Under the pieces are notes generated by a model. That model was not told the DNA's origin. It saw only the letters and a program-made list of their open reading frames with translations, and made no database searches. Below are positions 39,659 through 52,783 of a stretch of 64,000 nucleotides of DNA, one piece after another. The stretch lies in the NCBI GenBank assembly GCA_004022145.1, contig RCNU01000007.1, one strand, 5' to 3'. The position numbers were made by a program, and so were the translations under genes. This DNA comes from Paecilomyces variotii. Its lineage: Eukaryota. Position 1 is the stretch's first letter. Every line of letters starts with the position of its first letter.

Positions 39659-39681
39659 TATCTCAGCAAGCTCAGACGCTC
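39659..39681 (+). repeat. Left terminal inverted repeat TATCTCAGCAAGCTCAGACGCTC
   Basis: Reverse complement of 61428-61450 with one mismatch. Confidence 0.93.
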
Positions 39682-40376
39682 GCTAAAGATTAGTGCTTCT
39701 ACTATATTATTTAGAAACTAGTGCAAATTAGCTTAATAACCTGAGCTAATAATATTTAAGTGGGTATACTAAACCTAAATAGGAAGATAAAAAATTTTTT
39801 AGCAAGCATTTAAGAATAAATAGTTATAATTTATTAGTAAAGCTTATTAATTTCCCCTTTTTTTAAAAATACTATCTAATTTTAATAATAAATAACTCTA
39901 CTAATAATTAAGTTATTTAACTAAAGTTAACTATTATAGATTTAGCTAGTAATTCTTTTTTAATTTATATATATATTTAAATGCTATAATAGTTTACTGA
40001 TATTAAACTATATTATTAAAATTACTAGATTAGATTTTATAAAAGCTTATTACTAACCTCTATATAATTAGAGAGGCTTAATATTACTTAAATCTATTGT
40101 TTAGCCCTATATTTTTATCTTTTAAAAATTCTTAAGAACTCCTAGACTAATAAATAAGATTATTTTTTTAATATTTTTAAATCTCTGAGCTAAGATATAA
40201 TATATTTTAATATCTATAAATCTTAGAAGCTCTTAGACTAAAAGGTAAGATATATTTAAATATTAGTATATAGCTATAGGGTAAGAATAGCAAGATAATA
40301 TAATAAATAAAGCTAATAATATAGGTTTTATAAGAATATATATTATTAAATAATAGCAGGGGATATTACCTTATTA

Positions 40377-42467
40377 ATATTATTTAATATATTAAAGATA
40401 AAGCTTAAAGACTTATTATCAGCAATTAAAATATTTGCTAATAAAAAAGATATTTTTTAGTAATATATTATAGTTAAAGCTTGCCTAAAGTATATATTTT
40501 AACTAATAAATTTAATATTTAGCTATTCTCTATATTTAGAATAGATCTAAATACTTTAGCAACTAATATATAGCTATAATAATACTCTTCTAATTATATA
40601 GATAGGATTTAGAAAGAGCCTTATCCTTTATTTATTTTTAATCCTAATAGGGAAGATAACTCTCTAAATAACCCCTCTAAATAAGCTTATTAAGGAGTAA
40701 ATATAAGATATTAAAAGGCTTTAAAAAATAAAGCTATATATTATTAATAGTAAGACTAAACAATAGCATTATAATTTTATTTAAAATATTTAAGCTAGCA
40801 TATATATATATACTTTTAAGTCCTAAACAAGCTATATTAAAGGTCTTTTTAAATATATTATTAAAGCCAGAGATATAAATAATAATTAGTCTTATAATAA
40901 TTAATAAATACTATCTAATTATATAATAGGAGATATTCTAGCCTAAATTTATTATACTAGGCAAATTATAATTAATTTTAAGATAAGATATTATTTAATT
41001 TAGCTGTTCTATAATGCTTACTAAAAATAGAAAAAAAGAAATTATTTAGAGAGCTAGCTTTTAAGCTATTAGAGATTAATCTTATTAAATAGAAGTTATT
41101 TAGACCTCAGTTAATTAGAAGGATATATTTATTTATATTCTACCTATTCTATATAGGAAGCTATCTTTTTTTAAAATATTATACTTCCTCTTAAATACTG
41201 CTGTTAAAAATAATAAAGTAATATCTAAATATATATTAAAAATAATTATCTTTATAAACAGTATTTAGAAGATTAAAATAATAGCAGAATATCTTTATTA
41301 AATACTTTTAATAAAGACTATATTATCGGCATTAGATTATTAGTATTCTAGGATAAAAAATAGTCTATATTTAGTTAATATAGTAATCTAAACCTTTATA
41401 TTATATATTTTATCTTATAATTAGGGGATCTGCTTTAATAAATTTAAATCTGCTTTATTAAAAATATATATTATAATAATAATAACTGCTCTTAGAATAA
41501 GAATTAATATACCTAATATTAAGCATATTATTAACTAGAAGTTTCTAATCAGTTTAAATATTTATAATATCTAATAGTAAATAGGATATAATAGCTATAA
41601 AAAAGATTAAATAAATAAAGGCTATATTATACTTCTATACTAGACATTTAATTTAGAGAGTATTAATAGACCTAAAAAATAGATATTAGCTCTTATAGCT
41701 TCTTAAACTTTAAAACTATAGTCTTAATATATTTAGCTATCTAAGTTAATTATATTAGGAGATATTAGTAATATTAAAAGCATTTTATTATTAATCTCTA
41801 TAAAGAGCTAAGAATCTATATTTAAAAAGAGATATTAGAATTAAAAAGAGATAGAATATTAATTTAAACTCTTAGATTATTAGAAGTAAATTATTAATAA
41901 GCCTTATTATTAAAAAATATTCTTATCTTATTTAGGCAAGAATAGACTATCTCTATATATTAATATATCTCTTATATTAGTAGAAGATTATTATAATAGA
42001 TATAATCTATTATAGATCTCTATCTCTATTATACCTTTTTTAAAAGAGAGATTTATATAAAAGCTATATAAAAGAAGTTATACTAGTATTATATTAGAGT
42101 TATTTAGTTAATAGGCTATTTTATAAGTAGAATTAATATATATTTACTAAGAATAATATTTCCCTATAATATTTACTGCTTTTATAAGCTAAGAATATTA
42201 ATAGTAACTTATAGCTTTATATAGCTTAAAGATAATAACTATTAATATAGAGTTTAATAACCTTATTATATAAGCTCTATTAGTTTAAAAATAGTAATAT
42301 AAGAAGCAGTATAATAGTAATCTAATCTAATAGTTATAATATATAGTTTAAGAGATTAATAGGCTATATTTAATAAAAAAATTAGCTTAGAATTAGAACT
42401 AAAGCTAGTAATATAAAGATATTTATTAATTAGATATCTCCCTTAATATAAAAAAAGGTTATACTGA
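40377..42467 (+). pseudogene. RecQ-like superfamily-2 helicase of the AcademH element (RIP-inactivated; ends approximate)
   Basis: Back-mutated reading gives LIARTGFGKS (~40590-40620), AIDECH..W..FRPEF (~40895-40950), GCSATL (~41000), VATTALGMGINIPDV (~41475-41520), QRIGRGGR (~41575-41600) and CCNGC (~41988-42003). Confidence 0.85.
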
Positions 42468-43399
42468 GTTTATTTAATAGAAGGATAATTCTTTTACTAT
42501 ATAGTTAGTAAGGTAAATTATAGCTAAAAAATTATAAGCTAAAAGTTTAATCTCTAGCTTATTAATTTAGATACTAATAATATTATTATAAGATATATTT
42601 TCTAAGCTATATAGACTAGGCAGATTAAATAGCTTATTAGATAAATTAATAAAAGGGGTAGTTAATATATAGGTTAAATAATTATTTTCTCAGAGGATTT
42701 TTTTATAAAAGAAATAGAGTATTTAAATATTAGAAACTCTAGTTAAGCAATAATCTTTATAGGAGCAAAGTCCTAATAAAAAGCTTATATAAACACTTAT
42801 AATAAAAAGTAGAAGAATTAAGACTTTAATAATAATTAAAAAAGAGAACTTTTTTATATTAGAAAAGTAGTATTAAAGATATTAAGATAAGGAAGTCTTA
42901 TTATAATATATTTAAACTTATACTAGCTTTTAAATTATCTTAAAAATATTTAAATTATCCTAAGAATATCTATTTATTCTTAATAGCTTCTTAATTCTCT
43001 TTAACTAATAAGAATATATTTATAGATAATATAATATAATAGATTTATTAAATATTAGCTTTATTTAAATAAAAATAAATAGACCTATAAATTCTTAGCT
43101 TCTCCTCTTCTTCTCTAAAATAATAAACTTTAAGATAGCCTACCCTCTTATAATCTAGATGCTTAAATACTCTACTATTATTTTATTTAATAAGATAGAT
43201 ATAATTATTATAGCTATAATAATATTAAGAGATATTCTCTAATTTAAAGCAGAGCCTCGCCTTCTTCTATATAATATATTAGCTCTAAGTATTATTAAAT
43301 AAGACTAATATATCTAATATTTAGCCTCTCCCTACTTTCTTATTCTTACTAATTAATAAAAATAATAGTAGATTAATAGAGTTAGATTAGAATAACTAA

Positions 43400-44160
43400 A
43401 TATATAATTTAGCCTTCTTCTATTTCTAAGTCTGTTATTATCTATACTCCCCCTACTATTATTAGAGAGCCTACTATAGGTTTTTAGTCTACTTTTTATA
43501 GTTAAAATAAATTATAATAATAATAATAATAATAATTTTATTAGGCCTATTTTAAGTAAAGATCTAAAGATATTTCTATAAATAATAATATTATTAGGAG
43601 AGAGTAAATATTAATACTTTTATAGTAGAACTCTATTCTTAATACTTATAACTCTTATTATTATAAACCTATCTTTAATAGATATTGCTATACCTACTCT
43701 TAGTCTTATATAAAAGCAATATAATTAGTCTTAAATAACTAATTAGCTATATTTACCCTAAATATAAACCCCTAGAGGTAAAATAATAGAAGTATATACT
43801 CTTATAGCTATTAGAAAGTAATAGTCTTTTAAATAGGAGAACTTAGAATATCTTAACCCTAATAAATAATATAATATCAGTTATATTAGCTATATTATAA
43901 AGACTAAGTTAGGTAAATAACTCTTTAGAGAGAATAAATATATAGCCTATTAGCTCTATAATAAGGAGTATTAGATTTATTCTATAAAAAATGCCTAGTA
44001 GATATATAGGCCGGGAAATACCTATACTTACTATTATTTAGCTGCTCGCGCTAAGGGCTATAATATAAATAAGCAATATAAATAGGCTCTCTTACTACTA
44101 TTACCCCCTCCTTAGACTTTATTATTAAAAGGAGATCTTCCTTCTAGAGCTAGTAGTAAT
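43400..44160 (+). pseudogene. Relic Cys6 zinc-cluster-like frame inside the AcademH element (ends approximate)
   Basis: Back-mutation of ~43935-44065 gives C-x2-C-x6-C-WVY...PG-x-T-C-x2-C-x8-C followed by a basic/Pro-rich tail. All Cys codons are inferred from TAT. Confidence 0.4.
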
Positions 44161-45689
44161 GCTATTATAGTTTAATAAGCATTAATATTTAATTTATATT
44201 AGATATACTCTATCTGCTAATTACTTTGCTTTATAGGTAAGCTTTAACTAGATTTTTAATAATTAGTAGGTTATATAGCTAAATACTTTAAAATATCCTA
44301 GAAGGGCTTAACTATAAGTATTAATTAGAGATATAATAATCTTTATATTAATTGCTTTACTTTATAGATAAGCTTTAATTAGGTCCTTAATAACTAATAG
44401 ACTATATAGCTAAATGCTTTAAAGTATTCTAGAAGGGCCTAACTGTAAATATTAGCTAATATATTATATCTATTAGGCTGAGTTAATATTAATAAGTAAG
44501 AGGAGGAAGAATACTAAAATCAGACTCTATACTTCTATATAGTAGCATCTAGGCAATATAATTTAAAGCTAATCTAGAGTATAGCTAAATAGAGATATAA
44601 TTAGTTTATTATAATAGCTAATATAGACTCTCTTATATTATACTTTACCTTATATTAATTAAGACTGTAGAGCTCTCTAGCCAGCTAATATATATTAAAC
44701 CTCTTATTATTAAGTCAGGAGTTTAAGGTAATAAAGAGATTATATACTTTATATTAAACCTCTTAATATTAGCTCAGGAGTTTAAAGAAATAAAGGGATT
44801 ATATATTTTATTATATATTAATCCTCTTATTAGTCTAGGTCTTATAAGAAGTTAATAAATTATTAGTAGATTATATATTCCTCTAATATTAAATATTTAA
44901 TACTATATTATTAATAAGAATATTATTATAGTATTTATTAATAATAATAGTATATTTATAGATATTATACTTAATTCTATCCTTATTAGTAGACTATATA
45001 TTAGTAATTATCTTAATATAATAGATATAGCTATTATTAAACTAATTAACCTTTTTAATAAGTTATTTTATTCTAATCTATAATATATCTTCTAAATTAA
45101 ATAGAGTTAAAGAATTAGAGAGATATTTAGAGTCTTTTAATTTAGCAAGATTATTAATTAATAGATTTTAAACTAATAAAAATATCTTATTTAATATAAA
45201 TGCTGTAGTATATAAATTAGGCATATATTAATTAAATATAGACTCTAGCTTTTCTTATAGACCCTATATTTAGATATTTATTAAATAAACCCAGTTAAAG
45301 CTAATATCTATATTATATATAAAATTCTAGTAGGCCTTTATTTCTATTTTATAGTTTATATTAAGATACTTAAAACTAAGGTTAATAGCTTTAAAATAAG
45401 CTGGCTTATCTTATTAATTAACAAAACCTAATATTAGAATAATATATTATAGCTCTAAGTTATTAACTAAAAATAGATTCTATTAATAGTATAGCATTTT
45501 ATTACTATAATTATATTAAAATATACTAAAGAAATAAATAATTAATAGATTAATTAAATAATAAAGAAGCCTAATATTATTATATTTAATAGCATACTAG
45601 ATAGTAAAAAATAATTTTATTTCCTGCAAGAGCTAATATATAGAGTAGAATCTAATATCCTAGATAAGTTCTCTTATATAAGGATTAAT

Positions 45690-46121
45690 TGTTATGCCTC
45701 TAGCTCCCTGCTAGAGCATAAGCACGCAGGGCTATAGTAAACCCCTAAACCTAAATATAATACTGAGGTAATTAGTTAAACCCCGCACTCTCTGCCTGTA
45801 AGAATTATATAATATTAAAGCTAAGAAGTATTTAAGAGTTAAATTATAAATAGGCTTTAAATTGCTATCTTATTAGAAGCTAGCAATTTATTCTAATATA
45901 TTCTATGCCCTATTATTTCTTTACTTGTATAGACCCTTTATTATTAGACTCTTCTAATATAAACCCTTCTCTATGCCGGTTATACCCTTTATTATAATAG
46001 TTACCCTTTATCTTGCTAGTAGATTTTTTTTTGAGCTAAATATATAAATCTATTATTCCCCTTATTATAATTATTGGCAGAATAATTTGCTAATAATCTC
46101 TAGAAACTCTTGTTTCTTATA
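45690..46121 (+). repeat. 5' LTR of retrotransposon 1
   Basis: Begins TGTTATG. Colinear with 52784-53215. Confidence 0.93.
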
Positions 46122-49100
46122 GTTTAGATTATTTAACCTAGCAATATAAGTAGCAGTACTAATATACCCTATAACTTAGGGGATAAGGGTCTTAATATTT
46201 AGCCTATAGTATATACTCTAAAGGGTTTAGAGAGCACTAAACCTAGCTTATAATAACTGATTGCTAAAGCTAGTTCACAAATCCTAGGAGATATTCTAAT
46301 AGGCTTAAGAATAGAATAAGCTTAAATAGAAGATAAACTATTAATAAAAAGAGATCTCCTATAGCTCCTTACTATTAGTTATACTAGCAAGCAGCTAAGG
46401 CTTAAGCTATTAAAACTATAGAGGTATAAAGCTATTATGCTTAATATCTATTACTAATAATGCCAGTATATAAATAAATACTTAGCTTATAATGCTTTAT
46501 TATTTAAAGATAAAGCTAAGAAGGTTACTTATACTGCAGCGTTATTAAATAGAGAACTAACTTAGTCTTAAATCTATTGGTAAGAGGATCCTAATTTTCA
46601 GATACTAACCTGGGAAGGATTTAAGGGTTAGTTACTAGATTTACTTAATAATCTATATTACTAAGAATAGAATATAATAAATTACTTTTATACCTTAATT
46701 TAATGTCCTAATTAAACTGCCTAAGCCTTTTTATACTATTTTAAACAAGCTTAAGCGGAGTTAAATTAGGATAAAGGGTTTAATAATAATAGAATTATCT
46801 AGTCTTATATCTTCTATATAAAACTATAACCTGAGGTTTAAATAGGGTTGCTGAATTATTAAGACCTCCTAATAAATCTTAATTAATTAGTGTCTTTAAT
46901 TATTAATTAGGAAATAAACTAGAAGAAGAATAAAATTATAAATTAATCTACTTTGCTAAATACAAATAGATTAATATAGAATATACTAAAGAACTCCCCC
47001 CTAAAGTAAAAGAAGAAGGAGACTAATAACTAGCGCGCAGAGTTAACTAAATCCTAAAAAAAAAAGAAGTTTAAATTGCTAATAGAATAAGATTAGCTTA
47101 AAAAAAAAGGCTGCTGCTTTAATTATAATAAAATAGGCTATATATAAAAATCTAAATTATGCCTAAAAAAAAAAGACTCCTCTAAGAAAGGAAAACCTAA
47201 GACTATTATAACCCTTTATAATAAAGGGTTTAAGCTAAAAAAAGAATCTTTATATGCCCTAGTATAACTATACCTCCCCAACAATATATTTAAAAATAAG
47301 GCCTTTATTAATTTTAGATTAGCCCGCTGCTGTATTAGCCTAGATATAGCTATATATTATAAAATTCTTTTAAACTTCTAACAGTATATAAACTTTAAAT
47401 CTATTAATAGGCATAAAATTTAGAAATATAGATTATTTAAAATAGAGATCTATATTACTAATTCTAAAGAAATAATAGAGAAGGCAAAGGTATACTTTTA
47501 TATTATCCTAATACCTAAATTAAGTATTATCTTTAAGAAATTATAGCTATATATTATAAATCCTATTATAGATTAGGAGTTAATAATTTAAAGATATTAT
47601 ATTCTATATTAGTTATAGGTAAAAATTAAAAGCACTTAATAATTCTCTAAGATAATAAGAGGAAAAATAATTTATATACTTTATAAGGACCAAATTAATC
47701 CTATTATTTTTAAAGACTTATCTCTAGAATATAAGAAATATATTAAGATCTTTTTAAAGAAAGATATAAATATATTATCTATTAAGACGGGTAAATATAA
47801 GATTAAACTCCTAGATAGTAAGGCGCCTTTATAAGGTAGATTTTATAATCTTTCTGTTAAAGAATTAGATATTCTGCACAAATATCTTAAAAATATATAA
47901 TAGAAGGGTTAGATATAATTATTAACTAGTCCTATAGGGGTACCTATTTTATTTATTTTAAAGGCAGATAGTATATTAAGGCTCTGTATTAATTATAGAG
48001 CTTTAAATAGTATTATTATAAAAAATAGATATTCTTTATTTAAGGTAGATAAAATGCTTAACTAATTAATTAGCTCTAAAATCTTTATTAAGCTTAATCT
48101 TAGGGATACCTATTATTAGATTTAAATCTACTAAAGAGATAAATAGAAAATAGCCTTTTAAACTTATTATAGATACTTTAAATATTTAATAATATTATTT
48201 AGCCTGTGCAATATGCCTACTATTTTTTAAGCCTATATTAATTAAGTATTATAGGGGTTATTAAATATCTATTATATTATATATTTAGATAATATCTTAA
48301 TCTTCTTTAACTCTATTAAGAAGTATAAGAGATATATAGCGCAGGTCCTAGAGAGGCTATAAAAATATAAATTATATATAAAATTATCTAAATATAAATT
48401 TTATAAAAAGAGAGTTAAATTCCTTAGTTTTTTTATAAAAAAAGATAGAATAGAAATAAATTTTAGCAGAATAAAGACTATTAGAAACTAGCCAGAGCCT
48501 AAATCCTTTAAGGAAGTCTAAATCTTTCTAAAATTTACTAGTTTCTTTAAAAGATTTATCTATAACTACTTTATAAAGACAGCTCCCCTAACTAGTTTAT
48601 TAAAAGAGAGTATCTAGGGGAAAAAAATTAGAATATTTACCTAGACTAGAAAAGCCGCAAAAGCATTTAATAAGCTAAAATTAGCTTTTATAACTCCGCT
48701 AGTATTAAAATACTTTAATCTAAAGAAGCTAATAATACTAGTAATTAATGCCTTAAAATTTGCCCTTACTATTATACTCCTTTAAGAAGATAGTAATAAA
48801 ACAGCTTTAAGTGCTAGATTAGAGATAGGTTTAAGAATTAGAATCTAGATAGACTAATAAATTATATTTAAGAACTAGCACCTTATAGCATATTATGCCC
48901 AGAAGTTTATTAAAATAAAGGCATATTATAAAGTCTATAATTAAGAACTCCTAGCTATTATTAATACTTTTAAATATTAATATTACTATCTAGAAGGTAA
49001 TAGGCACCTTATATAAATATAGAGCGATTATATAAACTTACGCTATTTTTTTACTATAAAAATATTAAATAATAGATAAGCTTAATAGGTAGAACTATTA

Positions 49101-51489
49101 GCAATATATAACTTTTAAATTAAATATAAGCTAGAATAGCTTAATACTATAAATGCCCTGTCTAGAAGAGCAGATTTTAAACTATTTAAATCTAAATCCT
49201 AGATAGGATTATTTCTAACCCTCTAAAAAAAGCTCTAATATAAAGCTTATAATAAATATATATAAAAAAGTAGTTTAAAATATAAACCTATTAAAGCGGG
49301 CGGTATAGGTAGCTTAAAATACCTAATATAAAGAATACTAATTATTAGGGTAATTAAAGAAGAGTCTATTTAGGATATTATAACTCTTAGCCTATTCTTT
49401 ATATTAAAACAGCTTTAAATAAAGGATGCCTTTATCTTAAAGAAAACTAGGGAACTAAAAGTATATACTTCTAAAGATAGCTTAAAGATAATATAGAGAA
49501 TAGATAGCAAAGGACTACTATAGAAGGATAATATTATATTTATATTAAATATACCTACTATAAAGTAAGAGCTCTTTTAAATATATTATAATAACCTTTA
49601 TATAGAGTATTAAGATATTAAGAAGACTAAAAAGCTATTTTAAAGAAGATTTAATTAGCCTAAAATAGTATAAGATATATAAGAGTATATATCTATATAT
49701 AATATCTGCCAAAGAAATTAAACTCTATAATATAAGCTATATAGAGAGCTAAAGTCTCTGCTAATCCTAATATAGCTATAGTAGAATATCTTAATAGATT
49801 TTATAATAGGACTACTATTATTAGAGAAATAAGGAGTTATTTATAATTTAATATTAGTAATTATAAACTGCTATTTAAAGATAATACTCTATATCTCTAT
49901 CTATAAAATATTGAAGGTAGATAAGATAGCTAACCTTATTATAGATTATATCTATAATTACTTTAAACCTCTATAATTAATTATATTAAATAGGGGTATA
50001 CTATTTACTAATAAATATTAGACAGAACTTTGCCATTATATTTAAATTACTAGACTTTTAAGCACTATATTTTACCCCTAGACTAATAGCTAGACTAAAA
50101 GGTAAAACTAGATACTAGAGTATTACCTCTAGGTCTACTTAAATTATAAGTAAAATAATTAGGTATTCTTATTAACTATAGCGGAGTTTATATATAATAA
50201 TTTAATCTATACCTTTATAGGTATAACTCCCTTCTATATTATCTATAGATTTAATTCTAAGAGTTAAGATAAATATAACTCTAAAAAATAAATAAATATA
50301 CCGGCAGTTAATAATTAATTAAAAGAACTTACTGAGATATATATTTAATTAAAAGAATCCCTTTAAAAAGCTATTATTATATAATAAAAATATTATAATA
50401 AGAAGTATAAGCCTAAATCTTATATAGTAGAAGACTAAGTCTGCCTTTTAATAAAGAACTTAAAGACAGATTAACTAATTAAAAAACTAAATATAAAATA
50501 CTTAGGACCTTATAAAGTTATAGAGAGAATTAGAACTTAAGCCTATTAGCTTAAGCTCCTAAAGAGCCTAGGCAGAATATATTTAATTTTTTATATCTCC
50601 CTATTAGAGCCTTATTATTAGAGACTTAAGGCTAAACCTAAGTATCTAAACCTAATCTTAGTAAATAATAAACTAGAATAGGAAATTAAAGCTATTCTAG
50701 ATAAATAGATAATACAGGGGAAAAAGCAATATTTAATTAAATAGAAGAGCTATTTAGATTATAAAAATTTATAGTAGTCTAAGGAGGATCTTAAGTATGC
50801 CTAAAATATATTAGCTAAATTTAAGGTAATAGCGCGAGCTATTAGCAAAAAGTCTTTAAGAAGGGCTTAAAAAAGCCCCTAGAAAAAGCAATAATAGAAT
50901 TAATAAGATTTCCCTTTTTTTCTTATTAGGTTTTTAGGTTTTATTTAATTATTTTATTATTAAATCTATATTACTCTTTCTTTATTTATCTATCTATAAA
51001 GGTTTAGGAGTTTTAATAAAGATATAAGAAGCTAGTCTATCTAGAAATAAATTTATTTTAATCGGGCTACCCCTAGCAGAAACTAAAAATATAGGCCTAA
51101 AATTAATCCTCTTACTTATCTACTTTACTATTATAGAACCCTATTAATATAGACTTATTCTCTTTTTTATTAAAGAAAGGAGAAATATTATAAGTAATAT
51201 ATATAATTTCTTACATATACTATAGATTTAATACTATTAAATAGAGCAATTTAAGCAACTCTTGCTAAAGCTATATTATAAACTGCTTATATAAAGATAA
51301 AGTTAATAAGATAATAAATATAAACTTATCTATATCTGCCTTAGTAGGCGCTTTATATAAGTATACCTTTATAGAGGATTTATATTTATTATAGGCCTCC
51401 TTAAAAGACCTATAATTATCTAAAAGATAGGCCTTTTAGCTAAGGCTCTATAAATAAATAAGCTTATCTTTATAAACTAATAGGACTAG

Positions 51490-51600
51490 AATATAGGGCT
51501 TATGCTTATAATTATAATAGTCGCACTTAATATTAATATTAATATAAGTATATTAAAGTGCCAGATTTTTAATTAGCCTCTTTAAATAATAAAGGCATAT
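51490..51600 (-). pseudogene. Relic antisense Cys6 zinc-cluster-like domain in the 3' region of retrotransposon 1
   Basis: Minus frame TGC CTT TAT TAT ... TAT ... AAG TGC GAC TAT TAT ... AAG CAT AAG CCC TAT gives C-x2-C-x11-C-x8-C-x2-C-x6-C. Two Cys are seen and four are inferred from TAT. Confidence 0.45.
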
Positions 51601-52783
51601 TTTTTAAAGTATTAGAAGAAATTCTTTATTTAGCCTAGAGACAGTAGGGCTATTCTCTATTATTATATCTGCAATAGCAATAATAATAGTTTTAACTAAT
51701 ATTTTAACAATAGTTAGTTTAGTTTAAGTCCCTATATTAATAATCTCTTTATACCTAATACTCTATTTCTAGGGCCTCTTAATAGTATAAATAGAAGTTA
51801 TTCTTAATTTATTTATAGCGGCTAGCCTAGTAATAAAATAAGTTCTCTTCCCCTTAGGCAGGCTTTTTAGCGCTATTATTAAGGAAGAAAGACCTATTTA
51901 TATAATTACCAGGACTATAATAAAAGGTTAACTTAATAGGGGTATAAACTGAGCACGCCTTAATTCTAGTATAATATTTATTTTATCTAATAAATCCTCT
52001 ATAAGAGGATCTTTACCAGTAAATAAAGATATTAACCTATTAATAGCTATAAAAGAAATAATATTTATTTAAAGAAGTGCTTTCTTTAGTATTATAATAG
52101 CAGCTAAAGTCCCTAATATCTTAGCAGCAGTTAGGGGATTATTTTCTGGTATTATAGTAATAATTAGATTTAGCTATATTATAACAGCAGCAGTTATATC
52201 CTCTATCTTAGAGATAGAAGGAGGGGATAGCTCCCTGAAAGAGGAGATAATATTCTTAGGCTGTTAATATTATAGAAATTAGCATATAATATATAAAATC
52301 TTATACTAGAATACTTACTTAAGAAGTCTTCTTATATTGTTTAAATATAAAACAAATTTAAGGCGGTATTATCTAAATTAAATTAGCTTATATTAATATA
52401 GTTAGTTAAGATAACTTACTCCTAAAGCAGGAAGCTCTAAAAACTAATAAAAAAATAACTAATTTCTTAAGTTTAATAAACTGTTATATTATTAGTATTA
52501 TTATAATCTTAAAAATATGTTTAAATCTTTATTTAAATATATTTAAGACTAGGAGCTATATGTAGTAAGAGGTAAGAAGATAGTTACTAGGGGTTAGAAT
52601 TCTAACCTTATAATATTATATAAATAATACTCCTAGCTTATATAATCTCTTACCTTTTTACTGTAAAGATAGTAAAAAGCTCTTTTATTTATTATATTAT
52701 AAACCTTTATAAAGCTATACTTAACGCCAAATATAAAAACTTCTTAATAGCTTAAGGATAAGCCTAATTTAAGGGGAGGATAT

